From IMG/VR virus record IMGVR_UViG_3300017761_002393, positions 1-43,361 of that record: 43,361 bases of DNA; one strand, given 5' to 3'. The notes under the pieces are model-generated. The model was not told where the DNA came from. It saw only the letters and a program-made list of their open reading frames with translations, and searched no databases. Every line of letters begins with the position of its first letter. Positions within the stretch are counted from its first letter, which is position 1. Source of the stretch: a virus (taxonomy: Duplodnaviria; Caudoviricetes). Below, in pieces: positions 17,468 to 28,900 of this stretch. The position numbers were made by a program, and so were the translations under genes.

Positions 17468-18988
17468 TTAGTTTAAGGTCTTCTGGCTAAGGTTAATAAC
17501 CACGAATTCCGCAGGGTACTGCAAGGCCACACCAACTTCGATGCGAACTTCGCCACTAGCGATAGAGGCTGCAGTATTGTTTTCAGCATCGCACTTAATA
17601 AAGTACGCGTCTGCAGGAGTATTTCCACGTAATCCTCCTTGATTGCGGTATTCATTTAAGAAGGTGTTAAGGGTTGTATTAATACGACCCCACAACTGCT
17701 CATTGTTATTTTCGAATAACGCAAACTCTGTTAGGTTTTGCAAACTCTTGCGGATGTAAATAAGAGAACGACGCATATTTACATACTTGTTTGCTGTTCC
17801 GTCTTGCTTCAAAGTACGAGCACCCATTACGGATATACCTGCACCTGGAACTTGACGAATTGGATTTACAGGAAAAGAAGCAGCGTTTAACGAGTCAAGT
17901 TCTGAAGCAGTAAATGACTTATCTGTAGCAACCACTCCAGCAACATTTGCTGCTAAACCAGCAGGTGCTTTAAATGGACCAACAGTTGCATCAGTTCTTA
18001 AGTACAAACCAGCAACTGCTCCTGCAGGACCTACCTTACGTGTAGCACCTGATGCTACGCCAAGAGGGTCTGCTATTAGAAGTGAAGGATAATAAACTGC
18101 GCCATAAGTACCTGCTCCGCCAAGTGAATCAGCAGTAGTAAGTGCTTGTGCAACAGTTATACCTGATTTTACTTCTCCAATAAAGAAGTCTTTCTTAGAA
18201 AGAACAATGTAGGCTGAAATGTTAGCAGCCAATGTTGTAGCAGCACTTTCTGAAAACAGTTCATATATCCCTGGTAACCAGACTACTAGAGGTCTGTCAA
18301 TTAAGTCTAGTGCTCCAGGAACACCAGTTGTAGAGCCTTCATAGTCAGTAGTAACAACAGCGTTTCCATTGCTTCCACCTGTAAATGGAACAACAGCAGT
18401 TGAAGGTGCGTTAACGTTATCATTTACTACAGCAGTAAATAGTTGTGAAACAGAGTTAATTACTGTTGATGCATAACTGTTGGATGTTGCAGTTGCAAAA
18501 TCAAGGTTTTCATACTGTTCTACTAAAACATCATCAGTAACTGATGTAGATGTTCCAATAATACCTTCTTTATAGATTGCAACTGTGAACGTAGAGGGTA
18601 CTGAACCACCAGAAATTTGAACACGGTAGTTATTTCCGTCAGTTCCTTTATTTTTAGCGGTTAGGGTAAGTACAGTTCCAGCACCAGAGGAACGTGGAAC
18701 TACACCAGTTGCAGCAACTGCTGATTGACCGATGATTCTTTTAACGTAAAGTTCTCTTCCACCATTTTGGAAAAAGAGGGAAACAGAAAATGTTGCTGGG
18801 AATAGTGAGTTGTACCCACCAAATTGTCTTGTAAAATCGTACCAAGAATTAACTAGAGTTACCTCTGTTGGTCCTTGGGCAAATGGTGCAGCGACCATAC
18901 CAGCAGCCTGTGCTGTTATGGAGTTAGTGATTGGAGCAGGGAGCAGGACTTCACTGATGTAAATTCCTGGTCTTTTATAAACTGCCAT
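17468..18988 (-). CDS. Tail sheath protein
   Basis: YKRPGIYISE; FFQNGGRELYVKRI; GPFKAPAG; GARTL...YVNMRR; FENNNEQLW; PAEFVVINL. Confidence 0.95.
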   Translation of the reverse strand: MAVYKRPGIYISEVLLPAPITNSITAQAAGMVAAPFAQGPTEVTLVNSWYDFTRQFGGYNSLFPATFSVSLFFQNGGRELYVKRIIGQSAVAATGVVPRSSGAGTVLTLTAKNKGTDGNNYRVQISGGSVPSTFTVAIYKEGIIGTSTSVTDDVLVEQYENLDFATATSNSYASTVINSVSQLFTAVVNDNVNAPSTAVVPFTGGSNGNAVVTTDYEGSTTGVPGALDLIDRPLVVWLPGIYELFSESAATTLAANISAYIVLSKKDFFIGEVKSGITVAQALTTADSLGGAGTYGAVYYPSLLIADPLGVASGATRKVGPAGAVAGLYLRTDATVGPFKAPAGLAANVAGVVATDKSFTASELDSLNAASFPVNPIRQVPGAGISVMGARTLKQDGTANKYVNMRRSLIYIRKSLQNLTEFALFENNNEQLWGRINTTLNTFLNEYRNQGGLRGNTPADAYFIKCDAENNTAASIASGEVRIEVGVALQYPAEFVVINLSQKTLN

Positions 18989-19027
18989 GATTTCTCCTAT
19001 CTAGGTTGTTGGTAGAGGGTCCGAGTA

Positions 19028-19672
19028 TTAGCGAGATGTTTGTTCGTAGTTGACTCCGATAGTTACCCGCCTTGGAGCAGGTTCAGAACCAATGACTTTA
19101 ACTTTTTGTACCTTATAGAACTCTTCATACATATCCTGCGGAATTTCACTTGAAACACGCACAGTAATTGCATTTACAAACAGGCGTTTAGCCTGTTCTA
19201 CAACATCTCGCTTTGAGACATCGAGAACATCAAGACGACGGACGGTATCGTCATTACCGATTAAAGTCGCATTACGAAACTTTAATCTTGAGTAGAGCAG
19301 TTCAGCAAGAATCTGTCTATCATGTCGAGGTTGACGTGAATACGTCGTTACCTGGTAATCAAGGTTTACTGGAATTGGGTAATCAATTTCCCAAGCCTTG
19401 TTACTAGGAAAATTTGCAGGCTCTAAATACGGAGCAGTAGTTTTATTAACCTTGCCTCTGTGTGAGCGAGCACGGTCTTCTAAGATGTCAATTAAATCAA
19501 TAGTAATAAATGGATAAGTCTGGTCTCTAAGTTCAACGTCAGGTTGACCAAACCACACCTGCACGGGACGACCAATTTGTTCGTTGTTTGCTCGTTGGTC
19601 AGTTACAAGAATGCCCTTGAGTTTCTCTTTGAGCATGTTATCTTCTTCTAAAAATAAAGGACCTAATGTCAT
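19028..19672 (-). CDS. Tail terminator/completion protein (Pvc16/gp15-like)
   Basis: YPFITIDLIDI...PIPVNLDYQVTTYSRQPRHDRQI, immediately upstream of the sheath. Confidence 0.6.
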   Translation of the reverse strand: MTLGPLFLEEDNMLKEKLKGILVTDQRANNEQIGRPVQVWFGQPDVELRDQTYPFITIDLIDILEDRARSHRGKVNKTTAPYLEPANFPSNKAWEIDYPIPVNLDYQVTTYSRQPRHDRQILAELLYSRLKFRNATLIGNDDTVRRLDVLDVSKRDVVEQAKRLFVNAITVRVSSEIPQDMYEEFYKVQKVKVIGSEPAPRRVTIGVNYEQTSR

Positions 19673-19989
19673 AGCACACCCCTTAAAGAAGTCTTAACGC
19701 TTTTTAAAAGAAACTTCTCTGCTTCTTCTGGTCGATTAGAGAAACGACGAATAGCACCAGTTGGTTGACGGTTAGGAGTTCCAAACTCCCAGTTATCTGC
19801 CAAGGGCTTATATTTTGCAGGGATGTTAATACTTAGGTGGTTGTTGGAATATGAGACTTTAATAGCCTCAGTAACATCAGGGTTCCAACCACTGGCTCGT
19901 GTTTCATTACGCAATTCAAGCGTCATGTACTGAGCGGTTTGACGGGCTGCTTTTAAAAATGCTGGCTTGAGTTTATTTATTTGTCTCAC
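19669..19989 (-). CDS. Neck/tail-completion protein (HK97 gp10-like)
   Basis: WEFGTPNRQPTGAIRRF motif. The GTG start at 19989 overlaps the upstream gene. Confidence 0.55.
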   Translation of the reverse strand: MRQINKLKPAFLKAARQTAQYMTLELRNETRASGWNPDVTEAIKVSYSNNHLSINIPAKYKPLADNWEFGTPNRQPTGAIRRFSNRPEEAEKFLLKSVKTSLRGVL

Positions 19990-20161
19990 GGCGTGACTTC
20001 TTTGAGTTGAAAAGGAGTTTAGTTCCGACATACCCAGCCAAAAGACCAATTACAAAATTATGCTGATTATGCGGTTTAAAACCATACATACCTTTTACGA
20101 ACTCATCACGCTCACTGGCAGACTGCATCTCAGCAACCTGTTCGTACCATGGTGTAGACAT
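19973..20161 (-). CDS. Hypothetical protein (62 aa)
   Basis: AAGGGG SD; first gene after the 20245 terminator. Confidence 0.6.
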   Translation of the reverse strand: MSTPWYEQVAEMQSASERDEFVKGMYGFKPHNQHNFVIGLLAGYVGTKLLFNSKKSRRETNK

Positions 20162-20237
20162 AGAAATCCCCTTAAAGCAGCAGTTAAATCAGCAAGTAAA
20201 ACAGCAAGACCCGCATGGTTCTTACTAACACAAGGAT

Positions 20238-20264
20238 AAAGAAAAAGCCCCCAGTCGGGGGCTT
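20238..20264 (-). terminator. Rho-independent terminator
   Basis: The minus strand reads AAGCCCCC-GACT-GGGGGCTT followed by TTTCTTT, just after the 20286 stop. Confidence 0.8.
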
Positions 20265-20285
20265 AAACTTTAATTCTTTTAAGGA

Positions 20286-20447
20286 TTACATACCCTTTTT
20301 ACGAGGTAATTGCTTCTGAGTCTTACCCTTTACGCCAGAGCCTTTTTTCATAGACTTTAACGCTTGGAAGTCTTTGCCTTCAATTTTGTTGGGGTTACCA
20401 GCAACTTTAGCAATTTGCTTTTGCTTAGGTGAGAGTTCTTTAGCCAT
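20286..20447 (-). CDS. Small Lys-rich protein (53 aa)
   Basis: MAKELSPKQKQIAKVAGNPNKIEGKDFQALKSMKKG... The real start is probably 20447 because the longer ORF overlaps the upstream peptide. Confidence 0.65.
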   Translation of the reverse strand: MAKELSPKQKQIAKVAGNPNKIEGKDFQALKSMKKGSGVKGKTQKQLPRKKGM

Positions 20448-20451
20448 GGGG

Positions 20452-20580
20452 TTACTTCTTCTTTTTTGCTTTACATGACTTGCATGTACCGCAAGTACAG
20501 GCTTTAGCAGTAGCCTTAGCCTTACCCTTACCAAATCCAGCCTGACCTTTTTTCTTCATGCATCCGCATACAGCACACAT
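20452..20580 (-). CDS. Metallothionein-like Cys/Lys-rich peptide (42 aa; not in ORF track)
   Basis: MCAVCGCMKKKGQAGFGKGKAKATAKACTCGTCKSCKAKKKK* has 7 Cys and fits exactly between its neighbours (4-nt gaps). Confidence 0.7.
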   Translation of the reverse strand: MCAVCGCMKKKGQAGFGKGKAKATAKACTCGTCKSCKAKKKK

Positions 20581-20584
20581 ACTA

Positions 20585-20863
20585 TTACTCGCTTTCTAAT
20601 GTAGTAGCAAACCGAAGGAGGTCTTCAGCAGCAATTTTAACGAAAGGTAGGATAGATTCATGAGCATCTAACTCAGCCTTTAGGCTCCCTAAAGAAGCAA
20701 TGATTTGTTCTTTAGAAAGAGCATTATCTTTTACCTGGTCTTTTAAAATTGTTATCTTTGCAGCAAGAGGGCGTAACTCTGCTAGTGCTGCAGCGTTGTG
20801 CTCATTCTCAGGAAAATTAACTAATCCCTGCACAACTAGTTCTAACTCTAGTTCTAAATTCAT
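20585..20863 (-). CDS. Hypothetical helical protein (92 aa)
   Basis: ATGA-coupled to the upstream peptide gene. Confidence 0.65.
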   Translation of the reverse strand: MNLELELELVVQGLVNFPENEHNAAALAELRPLAAKITILKDQVKDNALSKEQIIASLGSLKAELDAHESILPFVKIAAEDLLRFATTLESE

Positions 20864-21006
20864 TTTTTGCCTTTCTTGGGGGCTGCTACTTTTTTCTTTC
20901 CTGAACCTTCAGGAACACAGTTTGGCACTTTTTTTCCGCCTTTGGTCTTCATACCTACTTGAACATAGCCCTTCCAACAAGGGTCTGCAGCAACTTTAGT
21001 CGCCAT
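20860..21006 (-). CDS. Small basic CWxGY...VPNCVP-motif peptide (48 aa; not in ORF track)
   Basis: MATKVAADPCWKGYVQVGMKTKGGKKVPNCVPEGSGKKKVAAPKKGKK*, with TAATG and ATGA junctions and an AGGAG SD. Confidence 0.75.
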   Translation of the reverse strand: MATKVAADPCWKGYVQVGMKTKGGKKVPNCVPEGSGKKKVAAPKKGKK

Positions 21007-21272
21007 TACTTACTCCTACTCGTGTGTGGATTTTTCTTGTGCCACTCTTTTACGCCTTTGACTCCTTGAGCCACAGACTTTATTGAGCCTTGGCTTTTCT
21101 GAGTAAGGTTAATCTTATCGTATTTACCCTGCTTTGAGTTTGTGTGCTCTACTACAACTTCACCCTTTTTATTTTTGGTGACCTTATGTGAGATATGAGC
21201 CTTACGACCAGGAACTCCAATAGCAATAGTTACTGGCTTTTCTGGTTTAACAGGCTTCTTTTTCTCTGCCAT
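21006..21272 (-). CDS. Small Lys-rich protein (88 aa)
   Basis: MAEKKKPVKPEKPV... starts at 21272 via a TAATG overlap. Confidence 0.65.
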   Translation of the reverse strand: MAEKKKPVKPEKPVTIAIGVPGRKAHISHKVTKNKKGEVVVEHTNSKQGKYDKINLTQKSQGSIKSVAQGVKGVKEWHKKNPHTSRSK

Positions 21273-21511
21273 TACCAAGCGGTTCTTGCTACACGCACCC
21301 AAGTGTTAGTGCCTACACATACATAAAGGTATGTTGAGTTAACAGCGATTTGTCCTATTGAACCCGCAGAAGTTGGTAATGCTGGAACAGCAACTACGCT
21401 AACACCAGCAACAAGGTTTAGAAGTTGGACGCGAGCATCTAAAGTATTAAGGGCAGCATTGAGTGGAGTATCCCAGTTGTTATCTCCACGCTGAGGAAGA
21501 TTGAGAGCCAA
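21272..21511 (-). CDS. Mini fibre-like structural protein (79 aa)
   Basis: N-terminal WDTPLNAALNTLD anchor and a C-terminal GSIGQIAVNSTYLYVCVGTNTWVRV motif common in phage fibres. Confidence 0.6.
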   Translation of the reverse strand: MALNLPQRGDNNWDTPLNAALNTLDARVQLLNLVAGVSVVAVPALPTSAGSIGQIAVNSTYLYVCVGTNTWVRVARTAW

Positions 21512-21514
21512 GTG

Positions 21515-21667
21515 TTACTCGCTATCTAATTTCGTTGTTAGTTTTGCAAGAGCATCGCCCATTGCTGCTAACTCACGAGCACCTCGCCAAGACTGAGAAT
21601 CAGCAATGTCGGTTTCGAGAACAATCTTTTGTGCTTCTAAAACTTCACGCTCTTCGTTAGTTACCAT
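21515..21667 (-). CDS. Hypothetical protein (50 aa; not in ORF track)
   Basis: MVTNEEREVLEAQKIVLETDIADSQSWRGARELAAMGDALAKLTTKLDSE* has a GGAGAAGGA SD and fills the intergenic gap. Confidence 0.65.
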   Translation of the reverse strand: MVTNEEREVLEAQKIVLETDIADSQSWRGARELAAMGDALAKLTTKLDSE

Positions 21668-22283
21668 ATTTTCCTTCTCCATATCCATTAAATCCGTAAT
21701 ACAACTCTTCGTAAGGTATCATTTCTCGCTGACCTTTTAGTGCCAAATGCTGGAATTGAGGGTCATTTACTAACTCTTCTGAGTTAACTTCTGTTAAGTC
21801 AACAGTAACTACAGCCCAATTATAGCCAAAATGTCCTCTAGGGTTAATTCGGGATGGGCTAAAGACATTCTTACGATAAACAACTCTGTCTTTTAAATGT
21901 GCTGATGGGTCTTCTAATAGGTTAGGTAAAAGTTTTTCAACATCGCCTACGTTAAGAACTAGTCTTAAAGTGTCGACTACGTAAAAGCCTCGCTCATTAA
22001 GGTCATTGCTACCGCGAATAATTTGAGCAGTAATAGCAGGAAGACTAAACGGAGGAATCCAACGTCGACCTCCAACGTTACCTGTTCCTACATAACCTGA
22101 GTTTGAAACGTCGTAAAGAGGGTCTCTTACAGTGGCAACGTTTTCTTCATACCAATCGTTGTTCCAACGGAACCAATCAACTTCAACACCAACAGGGTGT
22201 TGTAAATCTTCTTTGATGCTTTCATACATCCGCTTTTGTTCATACTCAAGGTCAAAGCGACCCTGTAATCTACTTCCCCGCAT
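21657..22283 (-). CDS. Putative head-closure/neck protein
   Basis: DPLYDV...GGRRW...ERGFYVVDTLRL...HLKDRVVYRKNVF beta-rich pattern, AGGAG SD and morphogenesis context. Confidence 0.5.
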   Translation of the reverse strand: MRGSRLQGRFDLEYEQKRMYESIKEDLQHPVGVEVDWFRWNNDWYEENVATVRDPLYDVSNSGYVGTGNVGGRRWIPPFSLPAITAQIIRGSNDLNERGFYVVDTLRLVLNVGDVEKLLPNLLEDPSAHLKDRVVYRKNVFSPSRINPRGHFGYNWAVVTVDLTEVNSEELVNDPQFQHLALKGQREMIPYEELYYGFNGYGEGKYGN

Positions 22284-22291
22284 GAACTCTC

Positions 22292-23353
22292 CTAAGCAGA
22301 ATAGAACTCTAAATTACGTTTTAGACGTTCATCATTAGGTTCTATGTTAAGTGCTTCTTGTCCAAATGTCAGGGCATCCTCTTTAAAACCTAAGTGATAA
22401 GAAGAAATTGCTGCCATATCGTATGGTGTGTAACCCCATGCTTTAGGGTCTGTTAAGTATTCAAGTGGTCGTTGTTTGATGTCTAGTGCTCTCTTTGCCA
22501 TTCGAAGGCAAGCATGCCAATCACTGATGCTGTAGTAATACTCAGATAGTTCAACTAAGGCTTCTCTAGATTCAGGGTATTCCTCTTGTGCTTTCATTAG
22601 CCATTCTTCTTTTTCAGCACCTTCAGAACAACGAGCAATGTAACGCATTGATGCAGCACGTTCTGGTTTCCAAACAGCATTTGGCAACGAAAGATGTCGT
22701 TGCAACTCTGCCTTTGCTTTGTCGCACATTCCATTGAAGTAATACTCTCTACCTAAGTAGTGAGCATTTCTATCATCGTTTGGACTTTCTGCTACAGCCA
22801 TTTCTAACAAGGGGAAGTACTGACTTCTAGATTTAGTATTGTCTGGGTAGTGATGTATCTGTAAATCTGTCCATGATTGAGTCTCTTCTATCCCGTAATT
22901 TCGCATAACCTCATGCACAGGGTGTGTCCACCTGTATCCCTTACGTGAATGAATCTTATCTCCACTGTAAGTTAAACCTTCAGAACCATCTGCATTCCAA
23001 GACCATGTGTATTTATAACGGGGACGAGTAATTCCTTCAGGAACTTTCTCTAACTCTTCACGCCATCCCGCAACAAAAATTTCGTCCATATCTAATGCGA
23101 TGCAATAGTCCATGTCTTTAGGGATTGCAGCAACTGCTGCATTTCGTGCATCATCAAATCTCCAAGGAACAATAGCAATTTGAACAACGTTAATTCCCAA
23201 TGCTTTGGCTTTTTTAATTGTCTTATCTGTTGAACCAGTATCTGCAATGAGAAGGAAGTCTGCTTCTTTAGCAGCCTCATACCAACGCTCTACAAACTGT
23301 TCCTCATTTAACGCAATTGCATAAACAGCGATTTTTAGTTTTTTTGTAGCCAT
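22292..23353 (-). CDS. Glycosyltransferase family 2 with C-terminal TPR repeats
   Basis: KIAVYAIALNEEQFVERW...DTGSTD...FDDARNAA...LDMDE (DxD)...VHE, plus TPR helices (RNAHYLGREY, REALVELSEYYY). Confidence 0.92.
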   Translation of the reverse strand: MATKKLKIAVYAIALNEEQFVERWYEAAKEADFLLIADTGSTDKTIKKAKALGINVVQIAIVPWRFDDARNAAVAAIPKDMDYCIALDMDEIFVAGWREELEKVPEGITRPRYKYTWSWNADGSEGLTYSGDKIHSRKGYRWTHPVHEVMRNYGIEETQSWTDLQIHHYPDNTKSRSQYFPLLEMAVAESPNDDRNAHYLGREYYFNGMCDKAKAELQRHLSLPNAVWKPERAASMRYIARCSEGAEKEEWLMKAQEEYPESREALVELSEYYYSISDWHACLRMAKRALDIKQRPLEYLTDPKAWGYTPYDMAAISSYHLGFKEDALTFGQEALNIEPNDERLKRNLEFYSA

Positions 23354-23913
23354 ACCTGTAACCCTTTTTCTAGCACTGTGAATTCATGAGCAGGTACGCA
23401 AGAAAGAATTGCGTCAATTGCAGGTTTAGGGTCATAGAAAGGTTCTTTACCAAGAGACCACATGTAGTCATCAAAAGCCAAAATACCGTTAGGTTTTAAA
23501 CAGAGCAGAGCGTTCATACTATCTTTGAGCACTGACATGGCCCTGTGGTCGCCGTCAATGTAAATGAAGTCAAAAGAAGATACGTTCCTGCTAAAGAACT
23601 CATCACTAGTCATTTTGCGTTTATAAAGACGTTCTTCATTTTGAAACCAAAGAGTTCTTAAGTCATAGGTCTCTTCTACGCTATGCCAGTTCATCTCTGC
23701 GTGGGCTGGCTCTTCTGAACCTTCCCAGGTGTCAACATCAGTTAAAGTTGAGTTAACATTTTTAAAGGCGTTAGCGAATAACCATTGAGTAGCATCACCT
23801 GTGTATGCACCTATTTGTAAACAGTTAAGGTTTTTTTCAGCAAGGGGCAAAAGAAACTTTTCAAAGTTTGCTTCTGCTCCACCTGCTTTAAACCAGTTTG
23901 GGTAGTCCGTCAT
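23335..23913 (-). CDS. Class I SAM-dependent methyltransferase (Methyltransf_24-like)
   Basis: LQIGAYTGDAT...VDTWEGS...FDFIYIDGDH...LKPNGILAFDDY. Confidence 0.9.
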   Translation of the reverse strand: MTDYPNWFKAGGAEANFEKFLLPLAEKNLNCLQIGAYTGDATQWLFANAFKNVNSTLTDVDTWEGSEEPAHAEMNWHSVEETYDLRTLWFQNEERLYKRKMTSDEFFSRNVSSFDFIYIDGDHRAMSVLKDSMNALLCLKPNGILAFDDYMWSLGKEPFYDPKPAIDAILSCVPAHEFTVLEKGLQVWLQKN

Positions 23914-23933
23914 TTATGCTCCGTTTTACTAGA

Positions 23934-25981
<2,048 letters not shown>

Positions 25982-25993
25982 TTGTGCTCCTTT

Positions 25994-28900
25994 TTAGGCT
26001 TGTGCTTCTCGCCAAGATAATTTAGCAGAAGTTAGAGTGGTGCTACCTGTTAGACGAGCCACAGCAATCGTTAGAATGTCTGGACCATCTGGGTACACGG
26101 AGTCTCCTCCTAGAATAGAGTTTGAAAGTTCGAACAACTCACTAATATTAACTGTAGTTGAGTTCTCACCACCAGCAGAACCACCTGATGCACGGAAGTT
26201 ATAAACCTGAACTCCGCCAGAGATAGTGTCATTTGATGTGTGCTGAATTGTCTGAGTTAGAGAAGGCTGTGGCACTCCTTGGAAGTTCAAGTTGTTCAAA
26301 CGTCCATTGAGAAGCAACTTAACGTCCACCAACTGAGTTGTTTGAATACCAATTTCACTCATAGTCAACTGCATGCGGTTGATAACGTCACGGTCACCCA
26401 ACTTACCTGTCAAACCTTCAGATACTGAAGGAGAGAGGCGAATTGATAGAAGTGGCTGGTAGTTAATACCAGAGGTGTTATTTGCAGCACCTAGTGGGTA
26501 GATAAAGAATGTGTACTGAGTGTTACCTGCAGTAGTAAGGTCAAGAGTATTTGCACCAAGAACAATATTTGGTGCAGTACCTGTAGATGCAGTCGCATCT
26601 GCCTGAGTATTATGGAAGGTAATGTTGTCAGCATCTTGACGGCAAACATAGTAGGTCCGTTGATTCTGCATATTAGTAAATGGATGTCCTGCAGTACTTG
26701 TAGTTCCTGGGTTCTGACTTACTACACCAGCAAGACCTGCTGAGGTAAAGCCCTGGAATGTCACAGCATCTCCGCTAGTGAAACCGTGTGTTGGGATGTT
26801 AACGCGGTTATTCGCTACGTTGATAGCCTTTGAACCAAATGACTTGGCTGTAGTACCAAGAATCTGCAGTGTCTGGCTAGTTCCTGTAAAGAGGTATGCC
26901 TTGTCATCATCAAAGCGACCATCCATGATAACCGAAGTACCCCAGTGGAATAGGTAAGGGATATACGTTGGGTTAGATAGTGTGGTTACTTCATAACGTG
27001 CAGGCAAGTTACCTGAACGTAGGTATGACTCATACAGCACGTTGTTGTGCTTAAATTCGTGAACATACTTGACTATTCCAGATGCATCCTTGAATCCAAA
27101 ACGAATCTTTCCTGCACCGTACCAAGAGTAGTCAATGTAAGCCATTTGAATCTTGGATAGGTCAAGAACATATCCTGTTGGACCAGTTCCATCGCAGACA
27201 TCGATATTCCAAGACTCTTGTGCGACTCTTGTATCGATAGTCTTAGTAATAATAATACCTGCTTTTGAAGGCTGGAATGAGTGCAGAGTTCCTGCACCAG
27301 TATCAGAAAGTGCTACCGTTGAAACAGAGTTTGGTGTACCCATTAACTTAAAGGTGTTGTTATCTACAACCTTAACGTAGTAAGTACGTCCGTTAATCAT
27401 TCCACCAATTGGCGTTCCATCAATAGAGTCGTAGTTAACGGCAAGGTTTTCAACAAAGCCGTGACCTAGGATAGTGAAGGTGTCAGCAGTAGCGTTAACA
27501 ACTGTTTGAGGGTTAAACTCTTTGATAGGTCCTGATGAACCCTTGTACTCAGGCTTAATCGTGATTTGAGTATCACTTGCAACGTTAGCAACCTTATAGG
27601 TTTGACCACGCATAACAATGAAGTCACCTGCTGCTAGTTGAGAAGTAAAGGCTGTTCCAGTTCCGAATACTAGTTCAGAACCTTGTTGTGCTGCAGCAAC
27701 TCCAGCAATCTGTTGGGTAGAAGAACGACGAACTGCGTAAATCTTCTGACCGTCAAACTCAAAGAACATACCGTTCTGGAAGTCGAACATACCTGAGCGA
27801 ACAGCACCGTTTTGCCATGCGTTTACGTATAGGTGTGCAAAGCCGTAAGACTTTTCTTGACCCGCAGGAATTGCTGCAGGAGATATGTAAGTAAAGTTGT
27901 AAGGGTCTAATACGGAGATTTGGAACAGACCGTTGTAAACGGTGCTTGTTGTGCCATCTGGCTTTAAAGCATCCTTAATTGCAACTGTAAGACCATTTAA
28001 CAAGCCGTGTGGACGACGAGTCTTACCTTGGATAGTTGTCGCACTAATCTTAGTAAGTGTTTCAAGGTCAATCGATGGCTTAAAGTTAATAGCAAACGAT
28101 ACCTGAATACCCTTACCTGACTGGTAACGGAAGTACTTACGAGTCTGACGAACAATCTGAGAGAAGGATGTTCCCACACCTGTGGACATTTCCACACCAC
28201 CATCGAATGGTCTGTGTAGAGAATAACCTTCAGGACGAACATAGATAAATGTTGGGTAAGCGTAAGAAACGCCTGTGTAAGCCTCGCTATAAGGTCTGTC
28301 AATTGTAATCTGAGTGTCAGAACCAATAGCAGTAATTGTTCTAATAATCGGAGTTCTTGGAACTACGTTAATTAGGTTGTGATTAGAACCAGTTCCTTGG
28401 TTTGTAAAGTCGACCTGGTTTGTGTTGTTGTTTGCATCAGTTAGTGTGTTATGTAGAGTAATGCTTGAGGCATCAATACGACGAACATAGTAGTTATATG
28501 TTGTAACAAGACCAGTTGGTGCAACACCACCTGCGCCTGCAGTGTAGGTAACAACGTCACCAGTTAAGTAACCATGGGAAGTAATTGTAATAACGTTAGT
28601 TGCTGCGTTAAATGCAGCACTTGCAAAGGTGTTGGACTTGTTTGTATTGGATGGGAATACGCGGAACTTATCGCCTACCTTTAGAATTTTAGCAAAGGCT
28701 GTTCCAGAACCTGCTACCAATACGGAGCCTGATTCAGTAGTAACTGTACCTGCACCGACAATCTGTCCGTTAATCTGGGCAGATGTAAAGTGGTGACCGT
28801 TACCAGAACCAAAGTCAGTAATAGAAATTGGAGTACCTGAAATGGCGTTATCTGCAGAAGAAGCGACCTTGATGTAATCCTTGTTTACGTTAATTACATA

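Noticed and set aside
7866-19672. Extracellular contractile injection system or tailocin
   Set aside because: Terminase, portal, scaffold and major capsid genes are co-oriented in the same window, so this is a complete phage morphogenesis region.
20286-20534. 82-aa ORF as called in the track
   Set aside because: Its first 29 codons overlap the better-fitting Cys-rich peptide gene. The true start is likely 20447.
20585-21667. Paralogy between the 50-aa and 92-aa ORFs (ends LTTKLDSE / FATTLESE)
   Set aside because: The similarity is limited to a few terminal residues and is not enough evidence.
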